A stretch of DNA of 64,000 nt from Octopus sinensis (GCF_006345805.1 NC_043015.1:8060001-8124000); one strand, 5' to 3'; shown: positions 27,701 through 41,246, counted from the stretch's first letter. Notes: generated by a model from the letters alone, not told the origin. A program made the numbers and translations.

Positions 27701-29258
27701 CGTGATACAACTGCTTCTACTACTGCTGCTCCTGCTGTTGTTGTACTTGCTGCTGCTGCTGCTGGTGGTGAAGCTTCAGCTATTGAAGCGAGGCGTTTCT
27801 TTTACACAGATATTGTTGATGTTAATACTTTTCTTGTCGTCGTTTAAAGTTACTTGTTGTACTCTTTTACAAAACCATATATCATTACTGTTGTTGTTCT
27901 ACAGTTGATTCAACTACTGCAGCTTTTATTACTGTTATTTAGCCTAAAGTTAATCCTTGTTCCAAAAAAACCCTTCGTCAAATCAATCTAGCTTCTCCTA
28001 ATACAATGTACCCAATCTTAGGTTATAATCAACAACATTAAAATAACCAAAAAAGAAAACAAATGTGATATTTGATGGACATTTGGCTATTGTTTCTAGC
28101 AATCGAACGATCGCGTAGAAACCACATCTGGCCGTGAGGTTTGTTATCGTAAATTTCTCCGACTTTAGCCTAAGCTAAACCTGTATCGTAAAGCTTACGA
28201 AGAAAAGGTATTCCAACCGTAGCCACCTCATATTTTGGTTTGCTACCGGCACGTACTGAGTCCATCCTTCGTTTTTTTTTTTTTTTTTTTTTTTCGGAGA
28301 TGATAAATAGTGGTTTACTGAATTTGGTACAACTTTCTAGAGAGTGAAACGACCACATTTCTACAAATTAGAAAGCAGCGACTAGCACTGTTGTCTGGTT
28401 GACGCTGTTGTTGTTAGCAACGTAGTTGTAGTAGTAGTAGTAGTAGCAGCAGCAGCAGCATCTAAGAGAAGAACCAATATCAGCGGCAGCAGTAGAAGCG
28501 ATAGCGGTAGCAGCAGTAGTGCAACGCACACTGAAGTAACAGCAGCAGCAACTACAGCAGCAGCAGCAGCGATAACAACAGTGGTAGTGGTAGCAGTAGC
28601 CTCGATTTAAAAACAAACAACACTCACTTTTTATGATATTTTTTTTTAATTCAACATCATTCAACGGAATGTATTACATGTGTTGCCGTTGTCGTTCCGT
28701 TGCTCTAGTTGTTGTTATGGTCATTATTGTTGTGATTCTAAATGGTAATACTGTTACTTTTTGTTATAACTGTTTATTACTAGTAACTATTATTGAAGCT
28801 GCTGCTAATATACCCCGTTATTACTCTTGTTTCACCCATCATCATCGCTGTTTCCCTTGTTGTTTTTATACTTATATTTGTTGCGCTTGTCTTTATATTT
28901 TCGCAGTACCTACACATATATACATATGTAGTAGTTTTTACTCATAGCAGTAGCTTTTCTCGTTGTTATGCTTGTTTTAGTTATTGCTCTTTCTATTGTT
29001 GTTATGCTTCTTAAGGTTGTAGTTGACATCGTTGTTATTTCAGCGTAAATGCTGTTGTTTTTATTTCTGTGCAAGTCAGCAAGCTGGCAAATTCGTTCGA
29101 GCGCAAAACAGAAGATAAAAGAAAAGAAAAGAAAAAGAAAAACTCGTTGGTATCTCTCCCGGTTCTTTAAGTTTTGATTTCTAATCACACCGAAGTTAAA
29201 TTTGCCTTTCACCCAAGTTCAATCAAGAAAAGTACCCGTGAAATACCAATCACTGATG

Positions 29259-29676
29259 AAGGCAGCGAGCTGGCAGAATCGTTAGCACGCCGGGCGAAAT
29301 GCTTAGCGGTATTTCGCCTGCCGCTACGTTCTGAGTTCAAATTCCCCCGAGGTCGACTTTGCCTTTCATCCTTTCGGTGTCGATTAAATAAGCACCAGTT
29401 ACGCACTGGGATCGATGTAATCGACTTAATACCTATGTCTGTCCTTGTTTGTCCCTGCTATGTTTAGCCCCTTGTGGGTAATAAAGAAATAGGTATTTCG
29501 CCTGCCGCTACGTTCTGAGTTCAAATTCTGTCGAGGTCGACTTTGCCTTTCATCCTTTCGGGGTCGATTAAATAAGCACCAGTTACGCACTGGGGTCGAT
29601 GTAATCGACTTAAATCCGTGTGTCTGTCCTTGTTTGTCCCCTCTGTGTTTGGCCCCTTGTGGGTAGTAAAGAAATA
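29259..29676 (+). mobile_element. SINE A1 dimer (full unit plus headless unit)
   Basis: Junction aaagaaata|ggtatttcg at 29491/29492; the second unit starts at the internal ggtatttcg. Confidence 0.9.
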
Positions 29677-30342
29677 GATAATAAACTAGAGATCTCCATA
29701 CATGTGCTATCGCCGTACTTACTTTTCAAAATCATCATTGCTGTTGATGTTATTGTTACGGTTGTTTTCAGACTTATTAATATTGAAAAGTGTTGTTATT
29801 CCAATGATAATCATGTTCGTATCGTAGGTGCTTCGGCTTTGTATCGGCTGCAGCTGCAACTCCGACTACAATGTTCAAAAACTTCGGTAACACTAACATT
29901 AATTACCGATGTATCTCGCTGCTTACATGTGCTGCTGATTTTGCTGCTATTAATACTACTGCAGCTGTTCCTAAAGGCGCTGCTGCTGTTCGTGATAGTG
30001 CTGCTGTTTTTTTTTTTTTTCTTACTATTATTAATTCTTTATTTTTCTCCTTCTGCTGTGTTGCTGCTGCTACTGCTACTGCTGTTGATGTTACTATTAT
30101 TAATACTTCACGCTTCCCTTCTGCTGCTGTTGCTGGTGACACTGCTTCTACTACTACTACTGCTTATGTTGGTGTTGGTGCTGCATCTGACCCTCCTCCT
30201 ACCACAGCCGCTTCTGGGGCGCTTCTCTAAACATTGCTGTTAATGATCATGCTGGTAATGTTATTTTAGCCCATGGTCAGCTCTGGCTGAGCAGCCTATA
30301 TGTCAATAACGTTCCAGCGATGTCTATTCCAGCTTTTTTGGT

Positions 30343-30508
30343 ACGTTCTGAGTTCAAATTCCGCCGAGGTCGACTTTGCCTTTCATCCTTTCGAGATCGA
30401 TAAATTAAGTACCAGTCGCGCACTGCGGTCGGTATAATTGACTTAATCTTTTTGTCTGTTCTAGTTTGTCCCTTCTGTGTTTAGCCCCTTGTGGGTAGTA
30501 AAAAAATT
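30343..30508 (+). mobile_element. SINE A1, 5'-truncated
   Basis: Starts at acgttctgagttcaaattc; core and tail intact; followed by ggtat. Confidence 0.85.
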
Positions 30509-30789
30509 GGTATATCTATGCTACTAGATGTAGGAATCTCATAATTTTAAAGACGATAAACTAATATTTTGCTACATCGAGCATTTCATACGACCATATA
30601 CAGGCAACATTCTTGTTTCGATTTACGTTTCAAGATGCTGTTCTTTTTCTTAAGAGTTATATTATCACCAGGTCACCTTTAGGCACTCTGACATGTGACT
30701 AGTAAGATTCCCGCCATGGCTATCCAGTCATTCTCCTGTCTGCAGAGAACAAGAGATCACTTCTTTCGACTTCTATCTACTTAATATTT

Positions 30790-31175
30790 GTGGATGCGCA
30801 ATGGCCCAGTGGTTAGGGCAGCGGATTCGCGGTCGTAGGATCGCGGTTTCGATTCCCAGACCGGGCGTTGTGAGTGTTTATTGAGCGAAAACACCTAAAG
30901 CTCCACAAAGGCTCCGGCAGGGGATGGTGGTGATCCCTGCTGTACTCTTTCACCACAAAATTTCTCTCACTCTTACTTCCTGTTTCTGTTGTACCTGTAT
31001 TTCAAAGGGCCGGCCTTGTCACTCTCTGTGTCACGCTGAATATCCCCGAGAACTACGGTAAGGGTACACGTGTCTGTGGAGTGCTCAGCCACTTACAGGT
31101 TAATTTCACGAGCAGGCTGTTCCGTTGATCGGATCAACCGGAACCCTCGTCGTAACCGACGGAGTGCTTCCCCCC
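30790..31175 (+). mobile_element. SINE family B, full length
   Basis: A-box tggcccagtggtt, B-box ggtttcgattcc. 11-bp TSD acttaatattt at 30779-30789 and 31176-31186. Confidence 0.9.
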
Positions 31176-31694
31176 ACTTAATATTTATCTGAGGGGAATT
31201 TTGTTGTTTGTTCTAGTTTGTCGAACAGCCACGTACACTTACCAGTAAGTCCGTTATTCAAACGCGAAGAGATGACGGAGTCGTTCCATATCTATGGAGT
31301 TGCGTAGTTTTCGAAACAACTTATTTACTTTAGAATTCTACTTCATAGTAGTAGTAGTAGTAGCTGTTGTTGCTGCTGTTGTCATTACACTAAAATAACC
31401 GTGTTATTATTGTGTAACCCTTGGTCAGCAAACCAGCAGAAATACACAAAACGTGACCAGCATGTCTATTATTCTGTACAGAGAGCTGATGCCATATACA
31501 ATGAGTTCTTTTCTATGACGTTACAAGGTGATTCAAGCCAGGTTTAACTGCTATTTCTAGCATGTTTAAGTAATTGTGTTGTAACAAGCGCGCGCGCTGT
31601 ATCGAGTTTTATAACGACACAGAGCAGAGTAAAGGAATGTGGTTAGTAAATAATGTATTGCAACTGTTGATATTTTTGATCATAATACAAGGCT

Positions 31695-32100
31695 AATATT
31701 CTTTTCTACTCTAGGCAAAAGGCCCGAAATGTTGGGGGAGGGGGTCGTTCTCGAATAGATCGACCCCAATACGCTACTAATACTTAATGTATCAATCCCG
31801 GAAGGATGAAAGGCAAAGTCGACCTCGGCGGACTTTGAACTCAGAACGTAAAGACAGATGACATACTTATTTCTTTTCTACCCACAAGGGGCTAAGCACA
31901 GAGGGGAACGAACAAGGATAGACAAACGGATTAAGTCGATTATATCGACTCCAGTGTGTAACTGGTACTTATTTAATCGATCAGGAAAGGATGAATGGCA
32001 ATGTCGACTTCGGTGGAATGTGAACTCAGAACGTAGCGACGGGTGAAGTATCGCTGAACATTTCGTCTAGTATGCTCTCGACACTGCCAGCTCACGGCCT
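31695..32100 (-). mobile_element. A1/A2 heterodimer SINE
   Basis: On the minus strand: a full A1 unit ending aaagaaata (31868), joined to agtatgtcatctg.. of a headless unit that ends in the A2 tail (cccccaacatttcgggccttttgcctagagtagaaaag). Confidence 0.85.
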
Positions 32101-32120
32101 AAATAATAATAATACTGATT

Positions 32121-32688
32121 GAGATCCTCTTCGGTCATGACTGACGGTGGGATTGCACCTAGAAAGTCACCCTCCTGGGCACAACTCTGGGCAAGGTTGT
32201 TTATGGAAGACCAGCAGTCGCCCATGCATACTGGCCTCCTTTTCTCCACGCCACCAGTGTTATCTAAGCGGAAAAGCAACAGCAGATACAGCTTGGCACC
32301 TGCGACGTCGCAACTCATTTCTACAGCTGAGTGAACTGGAGCAACGTGAAATAAAGTGTCTTGCTCAAGAACACAACACGCAGTCCTATTTCTTTACTCC
32401 CCACAAGGGGCTAAACACGGAGGGGACAAACAAGGACAGAAACGCGGATTAAGCCGATTACATCGACCCCAGTGCCTAACTGGTACTTATTTATCGACCC
32501 CGAAAGAATGAAAGGCAAAGTCGACCTCGGCGGAATTTGAACTCAGAACGTAGCGGCAGACGAAATACCGCTGAGCATTTCGTCCGGTGTGCTAACGATT
32601 CTGCCAGCTCGCCGGCGGTCCGGGATTCGAACTCACAACCTCACGATCGTAAGCTCGACGCTCTAACCACAGAGCCATGCGCCTTCAC
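32121..32688 (-). mobile_element. SINE family C interrupted by an A1 copy
   Basis: C tail at 32121-32386, C head at about 32617-32688. Confidence 0.9.
32387..32613 (-). mobile_element. SINE A1 nested in a C-family SINE
   Basis: Interrupts the C sequence between ..acacgcagtcc and ..ggtccgggattcg. Confidence 0.9.
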
Positions 32689-33335
32689 AACAACAACAAC
32701 AACAATAATAATAATAATAATAGTAATAACAACAACAAAAATGTTTCCGCCGAAATGTTTTGCTGATTTTGTGTGTGTGTGTGTGTGACAAAATTTCCCT
32801 ACATATGTTTCTCGCTTAACAGATTTGACTGTGTTCTAATGAACGTATTGGCTGCTATCTCAAACAAAGAGACCGACCTAATAATAGACGTTAGCATCTA
32901 CTGTTCAGAGTTGGTTTGGGAATTTCTAGCGATGGTCCCAGGTAGATTTCTTTAATTTTTTTTTTTACTTTTGTGTTATCATATGATGAACTTGAAAATG
33001 CAAACATTCTCGTGAAAGAGATCAAATCAAAGGTGAGGAAATGTAAAGACAAGTAACATAAACATACACGCAATAGTATTAACAGGATTGTACAAAAACC
33101 CTCAAAACAAAATGTATATTAGAAAAATCATATGACAAAAGAATAGTCGATTACCTTATAAGCATCATTATCTTACTGCTTTTTCTTCTGTGGAATACAG
33201 TGGACTCAATTTTCAGTCAATTCCCAAATAAATTGCATTTCATATTCGAGGCTCCGACGAAGCTATGAGGCGTTACTCAGTTACTCAACCAAAAGTCCAC
33301 TGCATATTATAACAGAAACAGCGATAAGCTGTTTA

Positions 33336-33753
33336 AAGGTGGCGAGCTAGTAGAAACGTTAACACGCCGGGCGAAATGCTTAGAAGTATTTCGTCTGCCG
33401 TTACGTTCGGTGTTCAAATTCCGCGGTGGTTGACATTGCCTTTCATCCTTTCGGGGTCGATAAATTAAGTACCAGCTACGCACTGGGTTCGATATAATCG
33501 ACTTGATATATTTGTCTGTCCTTGTTTTTCCTCTCTGTGGTTAGCCCCTTGTGGCTAGTAAATAAATAGGTATTACCTCTGCCGTTACGTTCTGAGTTCA
33601 AAATTCCACCGAGGTCGACTTTGCCTTTCATCCTTTCGGAGTCGATAAATTAAGTACCAGTTACGCACTGGGGTCAATTTAATCAACTTAATCCCTTTGT
33701 ACGTCCTTGTTTGTCCCCTCTATGTTTAGCCCCTTGTGTGCAATAAAGAAATA
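33336..33753 (+). mobile_element. SINE A1 dimer
   Basis: Junction aaata|ggtatt at 33568/33569. The whole dimer is flanked by agaaacagcgataagct (33314-33330) and agaaacagctatatgct (33754-33770). Confidence 0.9.
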
Positions 33754-33780
33754 AGAAACAGCTATATGCTCATGTCAGGA

Positions 33781-34070
33781 ATTTTGTAATGTTTTCATTC
33801 GTTCGGGAGTTCGATGGTCGTCCTGAACGAGGTTGGTCTTCAAGTGACAAATGACCAGTGACCATTCCTCTGGAGTGGCAACCTCTGGTAAACTTGTGTT
33901 TTGCTCATGGCAGCGTCTTTGTAAGCTGTCTAAAGCATACCAACAACTTCAGTCGCAGCAGAAAGCAGAATTTCAAGGAAGAACGCTGTTCTTTCGTTTC
34001 AGCCATCGCAGAAATCGACGAACAGGGTAGAGTCACCGTAAAACAAAGAGGCATTACGTGTCTGTAGACC
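33781..34070 (-). mobile_element. Mariner transposase 5' fragment (HTH region), pseudogenised
   Basis: From ATG at 34006: MAETKEQRSSLKFCFLL..TEVVGML*TAYKDAAMSKTQVY...SLEDQPRSGRPSNSRTNENI, the typical mariner N-terminus, with a stop and frameshifts. Confidence 0.8.
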
Positions 34071-35227
34071 GTAACGATTCTGCCAGCTCACCTTCTTTAC
34101 ATTTGTAGATAGACATATTTAATGATGAAGAAGGTACAGGACGCATGGAGAATTTAAAAAACAAAGATAGTAAAGGAGTTGAAATTGACCCGGTGAGTGT
34201 GTTAATTAATAAGGCATTAAAATAGAATGACTCTCCTCAGACACAAAAAAGTTATGCTTGAACACACGAATTCACATTAAAAAAAATCTAATAAACTATA
34301 TACTAAAACGAGATTAATGATGCAGGTTTTTCATAAATACAGTAGTATACAGATATATTCAGATACTTTCGAATATCCGTACGCAAATACCAAACAAGCA
34401 ATATCTGTATGGCTATGGGTTGGATTCTATTAATTATTCTTGTTGCTATTCCAATAATATTGCTGATAAACTGAATTTTTATGGCTTTTGTTGTCTTTAC
34501 GTATATTTAGTTTTTGAGATGGAGTAAAAGTTGTTGGTACATATTCATTTCTCTTCTGTTCACCCGTGTCGATTGGGTCCCAAATTGAGCAAATCTGTTT
34601 TGTATTTGAAGAGTAATCGAATGGGGGATAATTACGCATTGGATGTGTGTGTGTGTGTGTGTTGTCTGTGCGCGTCTTTCTGTCGTACTTTTTGTTTCGT
34701 TTTAATTAGTAAACCAAACATGTTTGGGAATACGGCTTTGAAGTTCGTGATATGCATTTGCACATCTGCTTTGGGTGGTCTGTGTTCTTTTTAGCAGCTG
34801 CCGGTGTTATAGCTTTGTTATTATTATTACTAATATTATTATCAATTATCATCATTAACATTATGTTCCTTCTGCATTGCATCTTTTGGTCGCGTTTATG
34901 AAAATAATTGAGTTTCATACTTTTGACTAAGAACCAAAAATTCCCTAGCAGTTATTTCTGACACAAATTTATATATCTCCCATCAAATGAATTGTGATGG
35001 GAATCATGCTTCCAAAATGTAAAAAGATAATTCCTCTTCTCTGCCGTGAGCTGCATTTGAGCGTTTAATAATAGTTTTTATGATATTTTTGCGGCCATAA
35101 TATTTCATGTTAAGTTCCTCGCCATCAAGATGGTAGTAAAATATATTGACTTCTGTTGCGTATTTCTTGAATACCATACGTACACATTTTGCCATATAGG
35201 GAAGTAGGTAATGTTAGTCTCGTGAAT

Positions 35228-35435
35228 GCGAGAACTTGGAGGAATCGTTAGCACGCCAGGAAAGATTCTTCTCAGCATTTCGTTCGCCTTTCCGTTCTGA
35301 GTTCAAATTCCGCCAATATCGACTTTACTTTTTATCGCTTTCGGGGTCGATACTAGCTGAGCACTAAAATTCCAAGAAATCGACTTACCCACTTCAAACT
35401 TTCTTACCTTGTTCCAAAATTCGAAACCAATATTA
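35228..35435 (+). mobile_element. A2-type SINE, diverged
   Basis: Contains gttagcacgcc, gagttcaaattccgcc and ggggtcgat. Limits approximate. Confidence 0.7.
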
Positions 35436-36303
35436 CTCTAGCGAGCTTGTATATTTTGCTAAGCCTCTCTTTACGGAGGTATATAATAACCTTTACACAA
35501 TATATTTTTTTTATATTCTTACCGTACTTCCTGAATACAATTTTCGCTTTTGAGGTGGAGGCCTTCGAAGCAATACCTTCTATATTAATACACCTTATCT
35601 CAAGTGCATTCGTTATATATATTTAGGTTTACTCTTCCGAGATTTAGAGCAGATTGGGACAGAAGATAACATCTGGTTTTCAGTTTCAACGCTTCCATCT
35701 CAACCAAAGAATGCTCAATCTGCGTTTGTTTGGCAGCTGCAAAAGACATTGCCGTTCTTATGCTTGTGTTAACGACAAGGTTGATGAAGATGAAAATGTG
35801 CTCAGTATGCTGACGTCGGCGGTGTTGCTCATAGTTTTACTGTCGGTTTCCTTTACGACGGCGGTAGTGATCTCGGTGTGGCAGTTACTGCAAGTTAAGC
35901 AATCTTCTTAGCAGTTTCTTTCAATGTTGATTTTGTCAACATTCTTTTTTACGTTTGTGCTCACTGCTTTTCGTTTTTTTAAGGTTTTATTGTTCTTGTT
36001 GTAGATAGTAATTCTTGATATGTTTTTCTTACTTTATATATTGTTTCTCCCTGAGTCGTTATTACTTTTGCTGCAGCGTTTCTTAATATACTTTATTCAG
36101 CAGTAACACAAGACTGGCGAATGTTTTCACTAAATTGAAGTCTGTGTCACAAATTTTCCGTTATTAATTTATTGCTAGATGTCAATACGGAAAACTATAT
36201 TTAGCGTTATGAAAATAATTTTTCGAAATGAGTATTTACAGAACTTGAGAATTTGCGTTTGCATTGCAAAAAAAATACACATAAGCATTTCTCTATAATT
36301 ACC

Positions 36304-36536
36304 TATTTCTTTACTACCCACAAGGGGCTAAACACAGAGAGGACAAACAAGGACATACAAACGGATTAAGTCAATTATATCGACCCCAGTGCGTAAGTAG
36401 TACTTATTTAATTGACTACGAAAGGATGAAAGGCAAAGTCGACCTCGGCGAAATTTGAACTCAGAACGTAACAGCAGACGAAATACGGCTACGCATTTCG
36501 TCCGGCGTGCAAACGTTTCTGCCAGCTCGCCGCCTT
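36304..36536 (-). mobile_element. SINE A1, full length
   Basis: Imperfect TSD tctctataattac (36290-36302) and tctctataactac (36537-36549). Confidence 0.9.
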
Positions 36537-37940
36537 TCTCTATAACTACAACTACCGCCAATCAAGGGAATACAAATTGAAATTTTGTGTTGTAATGCTA
36601 TTGGCACAAAATAGAATATTCTTGCTTCGTTCTACATTACGAACAAATATTAACCCATTCTATTAATATAAGGTATACAGTAATCCGTGAAACGGTAGCA
36701 GAAAGAGCGTAGTAAGTTCAACAGCAACTACCAATAAAAATAGCCTTTCTGCTATAGAAACGAAGCTTGAAATTTAGTGGCTAGGTTTGATAGTCGATTG
36801 CCTCGAACCTAGTACTCAAAAAGAACTTACTTTATCGACCACGAACGGACGAAGGGCAACGCTGACCACTGCGGAATTTGAACTCAGAACTTTGGCTCGG
36901 CTTATTAATGGCCCTGCCAATTCGACGCCTTAATAACAACAGTTGGAAAAAAATATCAGCAGATGACTTTGGAAAGTTATTGCACGTATTTCGCTGATTA
37001 GGTAGTTTTATCTGGGCAGGTGTGCAGGTAACTTCGTTGGAAACTTATTAGACATTCCACATTATTACTATAACGTACACGAAAAGAATGTACACACTAA
37101 GTATTTAAATTATTTTCTCTTTATCACATTATCTATCCATATAGAAATACATACACATTCACAAATACACCCACACCTGTATATACACACCCATATATAT
37201 ACACACATACACGCTCACATACCCACTCGTATATACATCCACTCATATACACACAGAATATTTGTGTAATCCTATAGACTACGGAGGTGTACTACTCAAA
37301 TGCTTCCCCATCAAATTTAGTGCAGTGATGAGCGTTTGCTTCCCGAGAACTCCATTTGCATAGCCAGCATAACAGATCATATAGATTGAAACTTACATAA
37401 TATCATTCGTATTTACAAATGTATTTGTTTGTAGTTTTTAATATTCGTTGTTGTTCGTGATCAGGATTCCTTTTAAATCGCGGCTTCGTTTTATAACGTT
37501 ATTACTGCTGATGTTTTATTTAATATAATACATAGTTTTCTATTTCGTTTCATCATTATTGCCTAACAGTGAATCTCAATTATTAACACCAACATGTGGT
37601 ACTTGTGCAACTAAGCCATAATTTGCAGCAGCGTAATTCACTCGAGTAGCGAGTTGTTAGATGAAAGTTTAACGTAGGTCAGAGGGTTGTCTGGCATTTC
37701 AAGGTGAGAATTTTTCTGGTACTGTTTTAATGATATGTAATCATTTATATCTGTGATTTCTTTGAAGATGGCTTGGCAAAAGTAGTAATGATAGAGATTA
37801 TAATCCATATATCACTATAGTGTAATGTCAGCTTGGTTTATGTAGTTAAACAATGACACGAGGTCTAGCTTTTGGTTATTTAAAAATACGAGATTCGACT
37901 GGACAATGTTGATGGAATATATACATGAGGCAGGAGAGAG

Positions 37941-38263
37941 AAGACCCCATTTGGTCACGAATCACAAAAGGATTGCACCTAGAAAGTTCCACTTCTTGGA
38001 ACAATTCCAGACAAGTTTGATTGTGGAAGACCAGCAGTTGCCCATACGTACCAGCCTCCCCCTTTCACACCACTGATGTTATCCAAAAGAAGGGAAAAGG
38101 CCGATACAGCTTGGTAAAAGTGATGTAATTCATTTTTATGGCTGAGTGCACTGGGGCAACGTGAAATTGTGTCTTTCTTAAGAACACATCTCAGTGCAGG
38201 AATCTATCTCACATCATCACGATTGTATACGCGACGCTCTAACTAGTGAGCTATGCACCTTCA
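37941..38263 (-). mobile_element. SINE family C, old copy
   Basis: gattgcacctagaaagtt..ggaagaccagcagt..gatacagcttgg is colinear with the other C copies. Confidence 0.8.
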
Positions 38264-39420
38264 AAATTATAGATACACACTTATATTATAATTGTTCAAT
38301 TCTCGTGATGTTTTGCCTAATATTAAGAGACCTGTATTGGCCGAGTCATTCAAATGAAAGCAAAAATTAAAGTTAGCAAACTTAAAGGAGGATGAATTTC
38401 GGATCTCGACTCGAATATCCTAAGGATCAAGTGGCACATCTTGTAGGGTACGTCAACTCCCTTTCCATGCTTTTACTCCAAAACTTATTTAAATCGTAGT
38501 CTGTATTATTCCACACTGTATTACTTTACCCATGGATGTATTCCAATAAAAGAGAAATTCGTTTAAAAACATTTACTTCGAACGTACTCATAATTTTCCT
38601 CGTTTAGCAGAATTTATATTTTTCTCTTTGTATCTGCCCTTTTAATCGCTTTACATGAAATAGATTGGAATTCTGTTGTCATCAACTGCTTTGATGATTT
38701 TCTGGAACCTTGAGTAGATTGAGAATATTTGTTTTAATATATCTGATTATATTTGCAATGCCACTTATGTAAACAATGAAAAAAAGTATACACGAAACAC
38801 TATCCTGTGACACATCACAATAGATTACTCATATTTCCGTTACATTTCAGTTTATTTGGAGATTCGAGGATCGCATAGCTGATGTAATATTCATCAAAAT
38901 GTGCTTGAGACTCATTAATGTTTAATACGCTTAAGTACAAATACAAGTTTGTGTACATGCTCCATAATAGAAAAGAAATGTGCTTTTAAAAACTGTGTGC
39001 GCGTATTTGTTTGCCAATAAAGACTTAGCTCGAACATTTTAAAGACGGATAGGAGATGCGTTAGCGTCTTTGATTTAGCTATAGTCAGATGACACAGAAG
39101 AAATGTGTGTCGATTACAAAGACAGAGCCGAGAGAATGGCAGAAGACACGTCTGTTTCAGCATTGAAAAACAATTGAACGACCTGCCGTGAGAACTAGTG
39201 ACAAGCTGTGAACGTAAAACGACAGCTAGAATAAAAATTTTGAACAATTCAAACGATATTGTCAAAGCCGGACAGAACAAAGAACCGAACAAAACAGTCA
39301 GAACAGCAGTCCAAGAAGAAAAGAACAAAATAAAGCTAACAGAATAAACACACTTCGAATGTGACTTCAAGAATAAGAATAATCACAGCTTCTGCAAGTC
39401 AATTAATTAAAAGAACGAGT

Positions 39421-39654
39421 GAAGAAAAATATAGTTCCATAGCTGATGGATAAAATAACGTGCATGCAGTATAGCATTTCCAAAGAGAACTCGAACTAAA
39501 TTCCCCCAAAATTTTGCACGCATATCAGAATCCCCGGATGCTTCATCTAATGGATATTACTCATCAAAAGATACAAGAAGAAATAGCAAAGACAGGGACT
39601 GTAATAAAAATACATGAATGTCAAGTTAATGATCATATCATTGGCGCAGTATGA
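39421..39654 (+). mobile_element. Possible very old Tc1/mariner-type HTH fragment
   Basis: G*NNVHAV*HFQRELELNSP...KIQEEIAKTGTVIKIH loosely resembles VQRxFRREF..PP..I.RI..KF..TGTV from transposase N-termini. Contains two stops. Confidence 0.35.
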
Positions 39655-40044
39655 AAAGCGGCAACACATAACGTCAATTTTACGCATAACATATCATGGA
39701 AATAGAAAAATAAAGAAAACATATAAATGGGTGCGTGTGCTGGTTCACTGAAAAATCAAAAAAAATCACCCAAATACTTCTCCGGGACTTCTAAGTTATT
39801 AATATCTGGAAATTTAGGTGGTGTAATAGCCAAGCACGGGATTGATCTGTAATCGCGTGTTGATACTATAACAATGGCTATAATGCGGAGACGCTCAGTA
39901 ACCATTCGAAAACACACACACACACAGAAAAAAACCCTATTTAGCTTAAACACAGCAGTACTCGTTTATCTAAGATAAAATTGTTTGATGCGCCACACAA
40001 ACTTTTTTCTTGAATTTGCTCGGAAATCACAAACTCATGCGGAT

Positions 40045-40542
40045 GGTATTAACCAAAATTTTAGTAAAACAAAACTGGGCTTTAAGTTTAAAATTCTTTA
40101 AAATACGTATCACACCAAGGAGCTTACAGGATGGTAGATACGTTAGTGTGTACCACACCATTATATACCTACTTTCGACTTACAAGGTGGCGAGCTGGCA
40201 GAAACGTTAGCGCGCCGGGCGAAATGCTTAGCGGTATTTCGTCTGTCGTTACGTTCTGAGTTCAAATTCCACTGAGGTCGACTTTGCCTTTCATCCTCTC
40301 GGGGTCGATAAATAAAGTACCAGTTCCGCATTGGGTCGATGTAATCGACTTAATCCCTTTGTCTTTCCTTGTTTGTCCCCTCTATGTTTAGCTCCTTGTG
40401 GGTAATAAAGAAATAGGCATTAACCAAAATTTTAGTAAAATTTAAGTTTAAAATTCTTTAAAATCAGTAGTACACCAAGGAGCTTACAGGATGGTAGATA
40501 CGTTAGTGTGTACCACACCATTATATACCTACTTTTGACTTA
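40045..40542. repeat. Long direct repeat (138 bp / 127 bp) flanking an A1 SINE
   Basis: 40045-40182 vs 40416-40542. The copies differ by an 11-bp indel (caaaactgggc) and a few substitutions. Confidence 0.95.
40184..40415 (+). mobile_element. SINE A1, full length, between long direct repeats
   Basis: Flanked by repeats at 40045-40182 and 40416-40542. Confidence 0.9.
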
Positions 40543-41246
40543 GTTGTTAGGAACATGAATTTTAATTACGGAAGATACACGCTGGTTCGAAGTTTGAGAA
40601 ATGCTGGTTTACGGGCTATAGCACAGATTTCATTGATGAAAGAAGCAGAGAATTAATTTCGTACTTTGTTCGATAGATTCGATTACCTGGTTACGAATGC
40701 GAAATAAATGGCTTGCTCGAGCTGCTATGAGGAGAATAGTAAATATTTTATTTTTATCTATAACAGACCCATAGTAAACTAGTTAAGAGGCGAACTCCTC
40801 CTGTACGTCAAGAACACGTTGAAACGGTGTGTAGTATGACTGAACTACTAAAGCGAAAATAATGTGTGTGCGTGTGTGTGTGGTTCAACTTGAGATCATG
40901 TGACCTATGTGACACGTGATCTAATGCAGTCAAATCATTACTAATCCATCTCAGTACTTCTGTCACAATCAACGAAATCGATGAAAATGCTAATGAAGGT
41001 AAGAAAATTCATACGTAGGTGCTTTTTGACAATCCTGCGTACAATACTTCTGTGACCTTTTTGAACTTTCTATATTTTTCAGATGACGAACTGTGTACAT
41101 TATTTGCAATGGACAGATAGGTGTCCTCATCGCGTTTTTTATAATCACTGGGGTTCGGCTGATGTGCTCTTCAGCCTTCATCAAACACAACCCTTCATTT
41201 GACTTGTGGGGTACACTGTTCTCATTCCTAAGGTATGTTGCTGAGG

